Shown here: piece after piece, positions 36,093 through 48,200 of the stretch
Layout: each line of letters starts with the position of its first letter
Numbering within the stretch: the stretch's first letter is position 1
Virus record (IMG/VR): IMGVR_UViG_3300023179_000053
Span: 29,814 to 93,813 of that record
Direction: 5' to 3' (one strand)
DNA from: a virus
DNA length: 64,000 nucleotides
Notes under the pieces: model-generated
Seen by the model: only the letters and a program-made list of their open reading frames with translations
Told to the model about the DNA's origin: nothing
The model's database searches: none
Program-made: the position numbers and the translations under genes

Positions 36093-37258
36093 TGATCTAA
36101 CCAGCAGTTATATTCTGCTGTTACTATACCTTTCTCTGGATGTACGAATACCAATGTCTGCGATGGTCTTCCGGCAGCAGCAAGTGTTTCAGCAGCATAT
36201 GTATTAACAGATTCTGGACTGCCTGCAATTCTTAACTGAACTGTATTAAAAGTCATCTTAGTTGGCGTATGAAAATGACCGATATAAATATCATCAAAGT
36301 CTTCCTCTATAGCACCTATCTTCCACCCATAAGCTTTCTTTTGAAAAGCATAAAATGATGAAAGACTTCCAAATTGATCTCCGTGACAAAGCAATGCTTT
36401 GTATTGACCAATTTTATCAATTGCGTACCAATGACGTTCGCCCCTCCCGTCTGGGATAACAAACTTTATTCTTGGCTCTTTTTCAAACATTAATTGTGTA
36501 ATACGATACAGCATTCTATCGCCGTTTGTTTCAGGGTCATGATCCCTCCTAGCTCTTCCGCCAATTGAACCATGATTACCAATAACACCAACAAATGTTA
36601 CTTTTTCAAAATTTTCCAACATCATATTGATAAAATTTTTCATAATCCTTGGACCATCAACTGTTATTTGACGATACAATCCACCATCAACAAGAAATGA
36701 CTGTCCGGGAAATATGAGTTCTCCTTCAATAATATCCCCAAGAGCCCAAATTCTTACTTCCCTAACTGGGTGATCTTTTCTTTGTATATTTGTAAGATTA
36801 ATAATTTTTTCTGCATATTTATATATTCTTTCTTCACAAACATTTGAATTATAATCAGGAGTTACTTTAGATAATTGCCAGTCAGACAATATAGCAACAG
36901 CAACTTCTTCAGTTCCTTTTCTTTTATCAATTTTTGGTTTTGGAATAGGCTTAGTTTTAGTTGATGCAATATCATCCCTAACTGCTTGATATACTGCAGA
37001 AACCAAATCATCACTTTTATTTTTTAACTTATTATATTCTTGCAATAATCTTGTATAAGCAACTTTCACTTCTGCTTCTGACTCTGGCTTTTTACCAGAT
37101 ACCGGATCTGTTGGCACTTCAAATAACCCCTTTTCTCTTCTGAATTTACATAAACCGCCGATATCAATTGACTTTCTACAGTCTTTATCAGCATATTTGT
37201 GATTGGCGGATTTGGGTTCAAATTCTTGATTGCAACCCTTAGCTTCGCAAATTTTCAT
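36089..37258 (-). CDS. calcineurin-like metallophosphoesterase with N-terminal Cys and coiled-coil region
   Basis: SDWQ, LGDIIEG, GNHG, HGD and GHFH motifs. Confidence 0.88.
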   Translation of the reverse strand: MKICEAKGCNQEFEPKSANHKYADKDCRKSIDIGGLCKFRREKGLFEVPTDPVSGKKPESEAEVKVAYTRLLQEYNKLKNKSDDLVSAVYQAVRDDIASTKTKPIPKPKIDKRKGTEEVAVAILSDWQLSKVTPDYNSNVCEERIYKYAEKIINLTNIQRKDHPVREVRIWALGDIIEGELIFPGQSFLVDGGLYRQITVDGPRIMKNFINMMLENFEKVTFVGVIGNHGSIGGRARRDHDPETNGDRMLYRITQLMFEKEPRIKFVIPDGRGERHWYAIDKIGQYKALLCHGDQFGSLSSFYAFQKKAYGWKIGAIEEDFDDIYIGHFHTPTKMTFNTVQLRIAGSPESVNTYAAETLAAAGRPSQTLVFVHPEKGIVTAEYNCWLDQ

Positions 37259-37266
37259 AAGGTCAA

Positions 37267-37716
37267 TTATACACTATTTTCTGAAGACTCTGCATTACCC
37301 GAAACATTCTTTGGATTTATTTTAGACCTTTCTCTCTTTTCATCATTTTTACGACGCATTGTCTGTCTCATCTTCTCTCTGTGCTTATCAGATGGCTTCC
37401 TGCCTTCCCTATGTATTGCGCTGTGTTCAGGCACAGTGCAAAGGTATAAATTTTCAACACGATTATCTGTTTTTATTTCATTTATATGATGCACTGTCTC
37501 CCATGGCTCAAGAAGCCTATTTAAATATGATTCAAAAACAAGACGATGTTCATATACATAACCCTTAATATTATATTTATGTTCTGGATTTAGTATTCTT
37601 ATATATCCTTTATCATCTACGTACTTGCCACCGCCATAATTTGGATTATTTTCTCCATGAATAGTTTTTGCTGACCATTCAATATCTTTTCTTCTAGAGG
37701 CTAGACTTTCTCTCAT
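37267..37716 (-). CDS. HNH endonuclease
   Basis: YEHRLV ... VHHINEIKTDNRVENL ... H...H. Confidence 0.9.
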   Translation of the reverse strand: MRESLASRRKDIEWSAKTIHGENNPNYGGGKYVDDKGYIRILNPEHKYNIKGYVYEHRLVFESYLNRLLEPWETVHHINEIKTDNRVENLYLCTVPEHSAIHREGRKPSDKHREKMRQTMRRKNDEKRERSKINPKNVSGNAESSENSV

Positions 37717-38378
37717 TAAACACTTGCGCCAACATCTTCAACTATTAATTGCAGCCTTTCTGTGGCACTAGGATTCACTGAAACTACCGGTGCATTTGTT
37801 AAGCCAGATGTACCGCCGACTCTTGCAACCGCAGCAGAGAATGAGTTTGCATTTAACCCACCACCACTCTCTAAGTATACGGAATATGTTCCTGCGCCAA
37901 CAGTTACAGCATCACTTGCTTTCATAGATGATGTAACAGTATTTGCGTTTGCTGCTGTGTTATAAAAGTCATATGGTGGTATTGCAAAATTCCAAACCAT
38001 TAATGGCGCTGAAGCGCCGTAACCGGCAGATACTGCATTATAAACTTTAAGCTTAAGCACTGCATCTTCAGCCCCCTTGCCTTGTACGGTAAATCCAGGA
38101 AACACGCATGTGATTTTATAAAATCTATTTTGATCAATAGTAACTCTTTGATCAGACCCGCCTCCGGGGTTAGTTAACGCTAGAATTTGAGTATCAGAGC
38201 TACCAACATTAGCCACTACGTTTCCAGAAGTTGTTTCAATAAATTCTAAAACCCCTTGTGGTTTAGCATCATTAGCATCCCTAATTTGCTCCATATTCAT
38301 AGACATCTGAGATAGGCGATCTGATGAAATTGGTGTGCCATCTGTCCAGGAAACAAAGACGTAATTTTCGTATGCCAT
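37716..38378 (-). CDS. putative virion structural protein
   Basis: W.DGTPISS.RL.QM N-terminus typical of tail proteins; beta-rich; last gene of the tail operon. Confidence 0.6.
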   Translation of the reverse strand: MAYENYVFVSWTDGTPISSDRLSQMSMNMEQIRDANDAKPQGVLEFIETTSGNVVANVGSSDTQILALTNPGGGSDQRVTIDQNRFYKITCVFPGFTVQGKGAEDAVLKLKVYNAVSAGYGASAPLMVWNFAIPPYDFYNTAANANTVTSSMKASDAVTVGAGTYSVYLESGGGLNANSFSAAVARVGGTSGLTNAPVVSVNPSATERLQLIVEDVGASV

Positions 38379-39815
38379 TTAACTATTATACCCCAATTGT
38401 TGCTCTATTGCAGAGAGTCTTTGATTTAAATTAGAAATTGCTGTTAAAAGTAATGGTATTGATTTAACATAAACAACCTGCTGATATTTTTCTGGATTGT
38501 CAAGATTTTCAACATACTCTGGAAATAATTGAGCAAATTCGTCAGCAATAACGCCTATTCCATTTTTCCCGGCAATCCATGGGTATGGAATGTCGTCTTT
38601 GTATCTGAATTCGTATGACTTTATCGAATATATTTTTTCCAATAAATCACTGCTGACATTATTGATGTTTTCTTTCAGCCTTCTATCCGAATAGTAACCG
38701 TCCGGAGAGAAATATGGGTCAACATTTGTATCATTATTTACTATGCATGACAGCACTCCAGACCCATTGTCCCAGCCAAATGCTATTCCAAATCTATCAC
38801 CTGATAAATTTGAAGCATTATAATAAACACCATTGCCACCACATGTAATCGTATCGGTTGTGGTTATTCCATCAGAACCTATTGATGCGCAATCTATATC
38901 AAAAACATCCAAAAGACCGCCAGATTGAATAACCAAATTGCCATCAACATCTATTCCATTAGAGTAAATAGTTCCAGTTGAAATAATATCTCCATTTGGT
39001 TGAAGGGTTACGTTATCACCCGTTGCTTGCTCAATAGATATATAATCATATTGAATTCTTGCAGAATATCCATTTTGCCCTGGTCCACTTGGACCATTAA
39101 TTTCCATTCCAACACGAACATTGTCTTCAATTTCTCCGATGGTCATATCTCCAAGAAAATTTCCACCTGTGCGCAAATAATCGCCAGGTCCAATTTGCCA
39201 CCCAGCAATTGTTCCAGTATTTGCATTAATTTCACCTGTTAATACAAGAGTATTGCCATTGTAAATTAAAGAATTAACTCCATCTCCAACTGAAAATACA
39301 CCATTTGCATTCCAATAATTATTTGCATTAATTAAAATAGCACCTGCTGTCAATGTACCTCTTATTGATGTAGCATCAAAAACAGCATCGCCAGCCCATG
39401 TTATTGCCCACCCTGTAGAGCCATCACTTGTGATTACACCATTTGCAGCAATAGTGCCATTAAAATTACTACTTCTTATTACATTGTTAATTAAAGCGAC
39501 ATTGGCTGATAATTCATTTGCAGTTATTGATCCAGCAGCAATGTGTATAGACTGAACAGAATTTGGCAAAAGCCTTACACCGGATGGACCAAGAACGTCA
39601 TTTATTACAACATTTGATATCACAGTTTTTAAATTATCAAAATTTCTTTGTTGCCTTATTTGTCTTGCATTGGAGCCTGTTTTCCCAACTATAAAATCAT
39701 AAATAGAATATTGTTCTGTATCAATCAAGGAAGAAGAAACGCCATCATGATCATGACCACCTTCAAAAAACACTATTGAATTTTCAGAAATTGCACTGCT
39801 AGATCTAAAAGTCAT
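38379..39815 (-). CDS. tail fibre/spike with C-terminal intramolecular chaperone (peptidase S74-like)
   Basis: G.ITA.. repeats; SDRRLKENI ... GVIADE ... coiled-coil end. Confidence 0.82.
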   Translation of the reverse strand: MTFRSSSAISENSIVFFEGGHDHDGVSSSLIDTEQYSIYDFIVGKTGSNARQIRQQRNFDNLKTVISNVVINDVLGPSGVRLLPNSVQSIHIAAGSITANELSANVALINNVIRSSNFNGTIAANGVITSDGSTGWAITWAGDAVFDATSIRGTLTAGAILINANNYWNANGVFSVGDGVNSLIYNGNTLVLTGEINANTGTIAGWQIGPGDYLRTGGNFLGDMTIGEIEDNVRVGMEINGPSGPGQNGYSARIQYDYISIEQATGDNVTLQPNGDIISTGTIYSNGIDVDGNLVIQSGGLLDVFDIDCASIGSDGITTTDTITCGGNGVYYNASNLSGDRFGIAFGWDNGSGVLSCIVNNDTNVDPYFSPDGYYSDRRLKENINNVSSDLLEKIYSIKSYEFRYKDDIPYPWIAGKNGIGVIADEFAQLFPEYVENLDNPEKYQQVVYVKSIPLLLTAISNLNQRLSAIEQQLGYNS

Positions 39816-42800
39816 TACAGCACCTTCCTTATCACTATAGATTGAGACAATGATTTGTCATATGAAAAATCAGAACTTATAACCCAATAATCTCCATTTA
39901 TTATATCAAATGAATCCATTGTCGATATTCTTATTCTATCTCCTAGTTGAAGTTTTGGAACTGTTAATATATTTAAATTTAATATTGGAACAGGATCGCT
40001 CATTTTTGTAATTATAAAATTAGCTAATCTTTTTGCATGATCTAAATTAGTTATAAATGGATTTTCAATAATTATTTCTTTTAGACCATATTTTCTTATA
40101 TTATCATCTAATGCGACTTTTTGCTCTTTAACATCACCTTTATTATCAGTAACTATTACAGGTATACCAGCAATAGATGAAAAATGTTTTTCTTCAGTTA
40201 TTGGATTTTCACCTTCTAAATAAATTATATCACCAACCGCATTGTTATTTGAAGCCGCTATAATTAGCACGGCTCCATAAGGAGTTGGGTTATACCTCAC
40301 CAATTCTAACTTTGGTGGCTTTACTGTAGTTATATTTGTAATCAATGGCTGCTCCACCATATATGCAGGAGCCTTGTCAAATGATAATTTATCATAAACT
40401 TTTACTTCTCTAACAATTGTATTGGTATTGTGAGAAGCAGCAACTGTATCAAACTGAGCTCTTTCAAGAGATAGAAAAGAATTGCTGGTTGTATTGCCAT
40501 ATTTAACTATTTCATTATCGATCATCAAATACCCGGTTTTGGGGAAAAATGGCTCATTTGTAGATGTTACATTCATACTTATATCTGAATTACTCATTGA
40601 ACTTGTTAAACCAACAACAGCAACTGTTGTTGGATCTTCAGCTCTCCAAAGACCTTGCTTACTTACTATATTGTTTGTAACACCTTGTGTTTTTACGGTA
40701 ACTTTATTTGTCTGCAATTGAACATTATAACTTGCATCAATTATATTTGAAGAATCTGAAAGAGTATATTGAACATTGGCATGTTGACTAATGGAAGATT
40801 CAAAGAACCTATTAAAATGCTCATATCTAGCTTTATTAAATTCATCATAATAAAGCCTACCAAAATCGGACAAACTTATCTCATCCATTATTTGAGTTAT
40901 AGTTTGATCATTTCCATAAATAAATGGCATTACCTGTATTGGTTGCATTTGTGTTTGTATGTAACTATCTTTAACCAACTGATCATCAAATTTTATATTT
41001 GAAATTGCAAATTCATCTATATAAAATGATCTAATTGTAACCGGTGGATTTTCAACAGCATAACTGGATTCTGTCTCTAATGTAAACGAAGCACCTCTGC
41101 CGCCAATAGTTATGTCTTTATTAGAAAATGAAACGAGGGATCCAACTGTTGTAACAGTATTTTTTAAATCACCATTGACAAAATATTTAAGAGTATTATC
41201 TGAATATGTAATTGTTATTAAACTAAAATTGCTATTTGATAATGCAGAATTTGATGATATTGTTTGTACACCATTTGATGTAATCATTTTGAAACCATTT
41301 GATGAAGAGTTTGAATAAAATTCAAACCCATTAGATGGAGACGAGTTATTAAAACTACTTATATATTCACCATCTCCAGAGAATGCGCCATTATGCATTT
41401 TTGCATAGAATTCGATAGTAAAATCTCCTGTATACGAAATACTGTTTGAATTAAAAACATCAAATGATTGATGATATGGTATTCTTATATAAGCATTTGA
41501 TTCAAGCAAAACAGATCTGCTATCCAGATCAGAAACAACACCGGAAGGTTCTGATATTTTAGCATTGGCAAGTAAAATTGCATTATTTTGCCTTCCAGAC
41601 CTTTCTATTACATTTACATTTGCAGTCGGTGTCCATGTATTAGAAGAGAATGTCAAATATGAATCTAGAGTTCTGGACCCATAATTGTCTTCAGCAACCA
41701 TTGTATAACATTCATGACTGTAAACCCAGTCTATATAAGAATCATATTCTTTTTTAAGAAAGATTTTAAATGGCTCATTAGTAATTTTGTGCTCTGTAAA
41801 AAATTCTATTCTTACAGAATAAATTTTACCGGCAGTTAAATTATACAAATTAGAAGAAAAAGACTCTGGCGTATTTGTTCCAGAATCAACAAATCTCCAT
41901 TCATCTATGATTTTTACTTGATTTAAATATACTCTAACTCCGCCTTTATTAATACCAATTATTAATCTTTGATCTCCAGTATTTGATGGAATATAATATC
42001 CATCAAATACGCCATTAAAAAATTTATCTACAGTTGTATTATCTTTTGATACAAATTGACCTGATAGCCAATTTAAAGCTTTACTCTCGCCGGCTTGTTC
42101 TGATATTTCTTTTGATGTTGTTGTTTTTGACGGGGCAACAGCAGTTCTTATATCCAATGCCTTTTCATATGTTGATAAATATTTATCTAAAACATCCAGC
42201 CTTATATCACGTGGATTGCCATCTTCTGGGACTGCATACAATCTTGCTGACAATGATGAAGCAACAGTTCTAGAATTATTAGATCTATCTACATTTTTTT
42301 CATTAAAGTTAAGATGAATAACTGAATTATTTTTTGGATAAAATTTGTCTGGATTTATTAAATAATTAATATCTTTTCTTGGGAAATTTGTCATTAACAA
42401 TAAATGCTCAACCGCTTCTGCTACCGTTGTTTCTTGCAACAAAAAGCCCTTTGTTATTGTTTTATCTTGACCGAATTTAGACCACCCTGTTAAATTAGCT
42501 GAAACTGTCATACTTGAAGATGTTGCTTGCCATTCATCGACATAGAATACTCCAAATGGAACATATTCGAATATATCGTAAACAACACTTGTGCCAGAAG
42601 AATGCGCCCTTGCTTTTGTTTCACCAATTCCTCTACTTGAAACAGAAAAACTATTTCCAGAACCCTTTCTTGCTAACACCCTTTCTTGCTCTTTTGAGCC
42701 TGGATTAATTGTTATAATATAATCATCACCGGAACCGCCAGCTGGAAAATCATTTATATTAATAACATTTATTGTATTACTTGAAGATGTTATATTTGAT

Positions 42801-43831
42801 GATAGAGATGTGGTTATTTGATCAACAGAATATGGTTCACGCTCCCATCCTGCAAACACAAAACAGCGTAAATCTTTTTTCATATATTTCCCATATAATG
42901 AAGCAGAATTAAATAAATTAAAATCTTTATTTGCATTATCAAGAGTTAAAGATGCCGTATTACTCCCACCGCCAGCAATTGGCAAACTGGTTTCATGAAC
43001 ATCACGAACTTTGGAAACATTAAAATTAATAATATAGTCAGTTACATCAACTCTATATATTGGTGCGACTTCATTTACTCTAACGTAATCATTAGGATTT
43101 TTTGTTGTATACACTGTTAATAAAATTTTATTAATATTATTATTTGTAATTGATTCTAAATAATGATTAAAATAATATGAATCAGCAGGAATCTCTCCAT
43201 CTTCATTATAAACAAGAGTATTTGTGTTATGATATGCTTTTATATTATAAGCACAAATTTGACCATTATATTCAGAAGTTATAACTTTTATTAAATTAAC
43301 CTTTCTCTCCTCAAAAACATATGTTAATATAACTGGCGATTGTAGATCATAACCGTTTAATGTTGCATGAATATTTGCTGTGCTTTTAATAGAAGATTCA
43401 TAACCAAATTCATAATGCTCGTCTTTTGTAGTTGGCATGCAATGCCATTGACCATTAGCTGTAATTGTCTTGCCATTTACATCTTTTGCATCGCAAACAC
43501 CCCATGTAAATGATTGTCTTTCAATTCCATTAATAGATTCATTTGGCGTAAAATAAAAACTTCTATTCCTTGATTTATTAAACAATATTTCTCTTTCGGA
43601 CAAAGTTCTGCCAGAAGCTAATAAACCGCTAGCATTGTCTATTATATTTTGATTTGTTTTTTCATTATTAGTATAATTACTTGAAGCTACTTCTGTATTA
43701 CCAGATTTATCAATATGTCTGCTGTCTAGCCAATCTATTACAATAAGAGGTTTTACTCTTTGAGATATAGAAGATATAGCATTATTAAAAGAAGACGATA
43801 TATCAATATTGTATCTACCCTTTGTAAGCAT
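39815..43831 (-). CDS. large tail-tip/baseplate protein with PA14-like and LamG-like domains
   Basis: FDGYYIP..TG...GGVRVYLN..IIDEW (PA14-like); DFTIEFYAK..LKYFVNG..ITIGG..IDEFAI (LamG-like); C-terminal LQLGDRI. Confidence 0.8.
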   Translation of the reverse strand: MLTKGRYNIDISSSFNNAISSISQRVKPLIVIDWLDSRHIDKSGNTEVASSNYTNNEKTNQNIIDNASGLLASGRTLSEREILFNKSRNRSFYFTPNESINGIERQSFTWGVCDAKDVNGKTITANGQWHCMPTTKDEHYEFGYESSIKSTANIHATLNGYDLQSPVILTYVFEERKVNLIKVITSEYNGQICAYNIKAYHNTNTLVYNEDGEIPADSYYFNHYLESITNNNINKILLTVYTTKNPNDYVRVNEVAPIYRVDVTDYIINFNVSKVRDVHETSLPIAGGGSNTASLTLDNANKDFNLFNSASLYGKYMKKDLRCFVFAGWEREPYSVDQITTSLSSNITSSSNTINVININDFPAGGSGDDYIITINPGSKEQERVLARKGSGNSFSVSSRGIGETKARAHSSGTSVVYDIFEYVPFGVFYVDEWQATSSSMTVSANLTGWSKFGQDKTITKGFLLQETTVAEAVEHLLLMTNFPRKDINYLINPDKFYPKNNSVIHLNFNEKNVDRSNNSRTVASSLSARLYAVPEDGNPRDIRLDVLDKYLSTYEKALDIRTAVAPSKTTTSKEISEQAGESKALNWLSGQFVSKDNTTVDKFFNGVFDGYYIPSNTGDQRLIIGINKGGVRVYLNQVKIIDEWRFVDSGTNTPESFSSNLYNLTAGKIYSVRIEFFTEHKITNEPFKIFLKKEYDSYIDWVYSHECYTMVAEDNYGSRTLDSYLTFSSNTWTPTANVNVIERSGRQNNAILLANAKISEPSGVVSDLDSRSVLLESNAYIRIPYHQSFDVFNSNSISYTGDFTIEFYAKMHNGAFSGDGEYISSFNNSSPSNGFEFYSNSSSNGFKMITSNGVQTISSNSALSNSNFSLITITYSDNTLKYFVNGDLKNTVTTVGSLVSFSNKDITIGGRGASFTLETESSYAVENPPVTIRSFYIDEFAISNIKFDDQLVKDSYIQTQMQPIQVMPFIYGNDQTITQIMDEISLSDFGRLYYDEFNKARYEHFNRFFESSISQHANVQYTLSDSSNIIDASYNVQLQTNKVTVKTQGVTNNIVSKQGLWRAEDPTTVAVVGLTSSMSNSDISMNVTSTNEPFFPKTGYLMIDNEIVKYGNTTSNSFLSLERAQFDTVAASHNTNTIVREVKVYDKLSFDKAPAYMVEQPLITNITTVKPPKLELVRYNPTPYGAVLIIAASNNNAVGDIIYLEGENPITEEKHFSSIAGIPVIVTDNKGDVKEQKVALDDNIRKYGLKEIIIENPFITNLDHAKRLANFIITKMSDPVPILNLNILTVPKLQLGDRIRISTMDSFDIINGDYWVISSDFSYDKSLSQSIVIRKVL

Positions 43832-44902
43832 TTAAACCTCTTCCAAACTTATAGAACAATCCCAAAAGTACACACCTTCTGACAGATCTCTTCTAATCAA
43901 AGTTTCGCTATAATCTTTAACCAATACATTATAACTCGTTTCTGTTGGCGGTGTATTGCCATTTTCATCTAAATTAATAACTTTTAATACATGGTGTTGA
44001 GGCTTTCCAGCTATTTCTTTAATATAATCACGACCTCGCTTTCCATCAACTGTATGCGTTTGTGTATTTGGCACATATGTCCATGAAAGGCTAAAAGTTC
44101 TTCTTGCCGGTCTTGCGGATGATTTATAATATCTAGATTTCTTATTATTCCAATTAATATTTTCTGTAAATACTGGGTCAACAGAAACATCAAACTTTCT
44201 ATTATGGTTTGTTAGTGGTTTATCGTCTAATAACAAGAATGTCCTTATACCGCCAATATCAAGCGGTGTATTAGAAGAAACAGATGTATTAGAGAATTTA
44301 ATTGCTTTAGCAGTAATACTTCCTAAGTTGTTTATTACTATTCTTATTGTAATTAATATTAAATCACCAGCAACAGTTAGATTTACATTTCCACTCAATG
44401 AAGCAGATACATTCTTTACAAGTATTGATTGTGCAGAGATATTTGAATTGGAATTAATTAATACATTTGCAAATGCATATTTAATTATAGTTGCATTTAC
44501 ATTTGAAGATGATGCAATCGAGACTTGAGCATTTAGTATTTCTTTTGCTGAAACAGACACATTAGAGTCTGAGGAAATTGACGCAGCAGCCAAAGCAATT
44601 TTTTGAGCAGATGCTGTCATTGACGATGAGATATCAATTAAAGCAGCAGCCAGTTTTACTCTTGTTCCAAGCGTTAATGTAGCACCATCAATTGTTATAG
44701 AAGATTGAGCATATGCAATCTTTATTGCGGTTATTGAAACATTACTTTCAACATTTGCTGATGATCGTATCTGCATTGTAAAATTAACAGATAATGTTGA
44801 TTCACCAGATAGTGCAATTTGTATAGTTGCTGCTTCATCAACGGTATAAAAATCTATACCCGGTTTAAATGATTCAGAAAATGAATAGAATCCAAACTCC
44901 AT
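43832..44902 (-). CDS. minor tail protein: Ala/Ser/Ile repeat N-terminus plus distal-tail-like C-terminal domain
   Basis: C-terminal ~135 aa align by eye with the 44904..45299 protein. Confidence 0.7.
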   Translation of the reverse strand: MEFGFYSFSESFKPGIDFYTVDEAATIQIALSGESTLSVNFTMQIRSSANVESNVSITAIKIAYAQSSITIDGATLTLGTRVKLAAALIDISSSMTASAQKIALAAASISSDSNVSVSAKEILNAQVSIASSSNVNATIIKYAFANVLINSNSNISAQSILVKNVSASLSGNVNLTVAGDLILITIRIVINNLGSITAKAIKFSNTSVSSNTPLDIGGIRTFLLLDDKPLTNHNRKFDVSVDPVFTENINWNNKKSRYYKSSARPARRTFSLSWTYVPNTQTHTVDGKRGRDYIKEIAGKPQHHVLKVINLDENGNTPPTETSYNVLVKDYSETLIRRDLSEGVYFWDCSISLEEV

Positions 44903-44903
44903 A

Positions 44904-45299
44904 CTATCTCTCCGTCAACGAAATAGAGACATCATAGTAAGCACATTGTGTACTATACTCTCTTCTTATTAAAGTTTCACTATATGAATCAATATAGCAA
45001 TCATATGATGTTAGCCCGCCATTTGGCTCTAACTCGATTCCAACAGCTACTGATGCAGAGCTATTTGCTATGTTGTTTAAAAAATCCCTTCCAACTCTGC
45101 CATCTACTGTTTGAGCCTGAAGGCTGGGTAGGTAGGACCATGTTAAATTAAATTGCCTTTTATTTCTTGAATAATATCTTCTTCTATGACCAGATGCTAA
45201 GTCAATATCATTACCAGCAATTTGTTCACTAACAGATATTTTTCTATTATGTTCTGTTATTTCTGTAGAATTAATAGTTATTATTTTCTGTATTGTCAT
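44904..45299 (-). CDS. distal tail (Dit)-like protein
   Basis: Directly downstream of the tape measure gene; KRQFNLTWSYL motif. Confidence 0.7.
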   Translation of the reverse strand: MTIQKIITINSTEITEHNRKISVSEQIAGNDIDLASGHRRRYYSRNKRQFNLTWSYLPSLQAQTVDGRVGRDFLNNIANSSASVAVGIELEPNGGLTSYDCYIDSYSETLIRREYSTQCAYYDVSISLTER

Positions 45300-48200
45300 T
45301 ACATACCCCTATTAATTCCATTGTATGTTCTTATAACCCTGTTTTCAAGACCGGCAGCTTTTTGATTTCTTGGAACAACTTTCATGTTGTATTCCTTCAT
45401 CATTGAGTTAAACCATTCTGGCTCGCCAATAAAGTTGTCAACGTAAATGTTTACATTAGATGTTGAAGACGAAGATGGGACTTGTGTTGAATTATCAATC
45501 CTGACGTTGGGCATTGATATGCCTGGGATCGCAGGCATTCTTGGATATCTTGGCTTAGAAAGGCGCAAGTTATTTAATGCATTAAGAGCATCTGTGCCAA
45601 TTCTTTGCACAGCTTTATGGTTAATTATATATTCACCACCATGAAGAATTGCCGGCACTGCTTGTTGTGAAAATCCAGGTGTTACACCGCCAAAAGCATA
45701 TGTCATGCCGCCCTTCATATAAGAGCGAATTTTTCCGCCATTATACTTCCCATCTGGCTGAACCAAGCCGGCGGCTTTGCTTTGTAGAGCAATTTTTTGC
45801 TGAGCCAAGGTTGCTTGCGCTTTAGCAACCTGATCGTCAGTTAATGCACCGCTTCTCATTGCTTCTGCTAATTTTGCAGATGTAGCATTCCATTGAGCAA
45901 CGGCTTTCATATAGTCTTCTTGTCTTTGCAATGCGGTTACTTCTTTTCCTACCTCAATTTCTTTAATTTCTGGTATTACGTCTCTAAATGAATATGTTTT
46001 ACCAGCAATTGACCCAAGCCCCACATATTTAAGCCATTCAGGCATTGTAAATGTATAACCTGTTATTTTATTTATTCCTTTAATAACTAAATTAATTGCA
46101 CTAGCAAACAAATTTGGAATTTTTCCAACTAAACCAATAACAAAATCAATAGCGCCGCCAAGAGCATCTCTTATAAAATCTCCAATTTTTTGAATTTTTG
46201 GCACAACAAAATCATAAAATGTACTAAATGCACTTTTAATTGAACCCCATAAATTTTTTATAAAATCTAGACCGGCGGCAATTTTATCCCATACCCAGTG
46301 TGCAAATTCTTTAAGCACTGGACCAGCCCAGGACCAGAATTCTTTAATTTTATTCCAGACAAATTGAATAGCCTCAGTAACTTTTTCCCATCCAGCCTTG
46401 ATCTTATCCCATATCCAGGATGCAAATTCTAGAAGTATTGGACCAGCCCAAGACCAGAATTGTTTAAATTTTTCCCATAAGAATCCGATTGCATCTGTAA
46501 TTTTATCCCAAGCCCACTTAATACCATTCCACAGCCATTCCCATAATTTACTTAAAACAGGCTCAATCCAATTCCAAACTTTTTTAAACAATTCCCAATA
46601 GAAGTCGATTGCCTCTGTAATTTGATCCCACGCCCACTTAATACCATTCCATAACCACTCCCAGAGCTGAGAGAGTACTGGCTCAATCCAGCCCCAAATC
46701 GTCTTGAATATTTCCCAATAACCATTTAAAGCTTCTTTCAATCTTTCCCATACCCAAACTATTCCATCCCACAGCCAACTCCAAAGTTTGCTAAGAACTG
46801 GTTCTATCCAACCCCAAAATTCTTGGAATACCCCCCAATACTCAGTCAAAATATCTTTGATAAATTCCCAACCCACTTTAATTTTATCCCACAGCCAACT
46901 CCAAATTTTTGTAAATACTGGTTCAATTATTATCCAACCCTCAGTTATTGCATCCCAGAATGTCTTAATTGGATTCTTAAGAGCTTCCCAGACCCAGCCA
47001 AGTGCATCCCAAATACCTTGACCAACTTTTTTAATTAATTCCCAGACTGCTTCCGCAACATACTTAACACCTTCCCAGAATTTCTTAGCAGCAGTTCCTA
47101 TGATACCCCAAACCCAGCCAAGTCCATCCCAGATAGCATTACCAACAGATACAGCAAATTCTACAATTTTATTAAATACCATTTTTGCAATTTCAAAGAA
47201 CTTTTGAATTGCAGGTCCAATATTATTCCAAATCCAACCAAGCCCTTCCCAGATTGCTTTTGCAACTGTTTTCAAAATATCAATAAACGTTACAAATATT
47301 TTTCTAACAGCAGCCCAATATTTTCTAACTGCATATGACAGCTGATCCCATATGAAGCCAAGAGCATCCCAAATTACACCACCTACAGCTTTAAATATCT
47401 CCCAAACACCACCCCAGAACTTTTTCAACAATTCCCAATACTTTTTAAGAGCTATGCCAACTATATCCCAGACCCAACCAAAAGCATCCCAAATTGCATT
47501 GCCTGCAAGTTTCAAAATATCCCAAACAGTACCCCAAAACAATTTCAAAAATTCCCAATATTTTTTAAGAGCTGCGCCAACCAAATCCCACACTTTACCA
47601 AGAGCATCCCAAACTACTTGTCCCACTAATTTCAAGATATCAACAAAGTATTCAAATATTGCAGACACAGTATCCCACCACAACTCTGCATAGCCCTTGA
47701 TTCTCCCCCACACCCAACCGAGACCTTCCCAAATTAATTTGGCTAAATCAATTATTGGTCCCATAATTTTTTTCACCAAATTAAATATTGTCTCAAATGC
47801 TGCTTTCATAAATTCAAACAACAACATCACCACTTTTCTTAAGAATTCAAATGCTGCAATAAATGGAGTGAGTATTAGACCAATGATTCCAAATTCTTCA
47901 TATATCCATTTAATTAAGTCCCAAATTCCTTGAAGTATTGGCTGCACCACACTCCAGGCAGTTTTAAACGCCCCTACAAGCAAATCTTTAACAATCATTG
48001 CAAAATTCCAAATCAATTCGAAACCAGGCTTAAACGTATCATATAAAAATATAGCAATGGTTTTAAGAATATCAAATACTGTTTTAAATGCGTTATATAT
48101 TGTTTTTGCAAACGTTTCAAGCAATTTTGCAATTATAAAAATTCCAAGCATCAAAACTCTGAACAGGAAATCTCTAATCCATTTAACAACCGGATTATTC

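Noticed and set aside
46200-48000. Diversity-generating retroelement or DNA repeat array in the Trp-rich region
   Set aside because: The repeats are protein-level 11/22-residue TMP periodicity; there is no reverse transcriptase or adenine-specific template/variable pair
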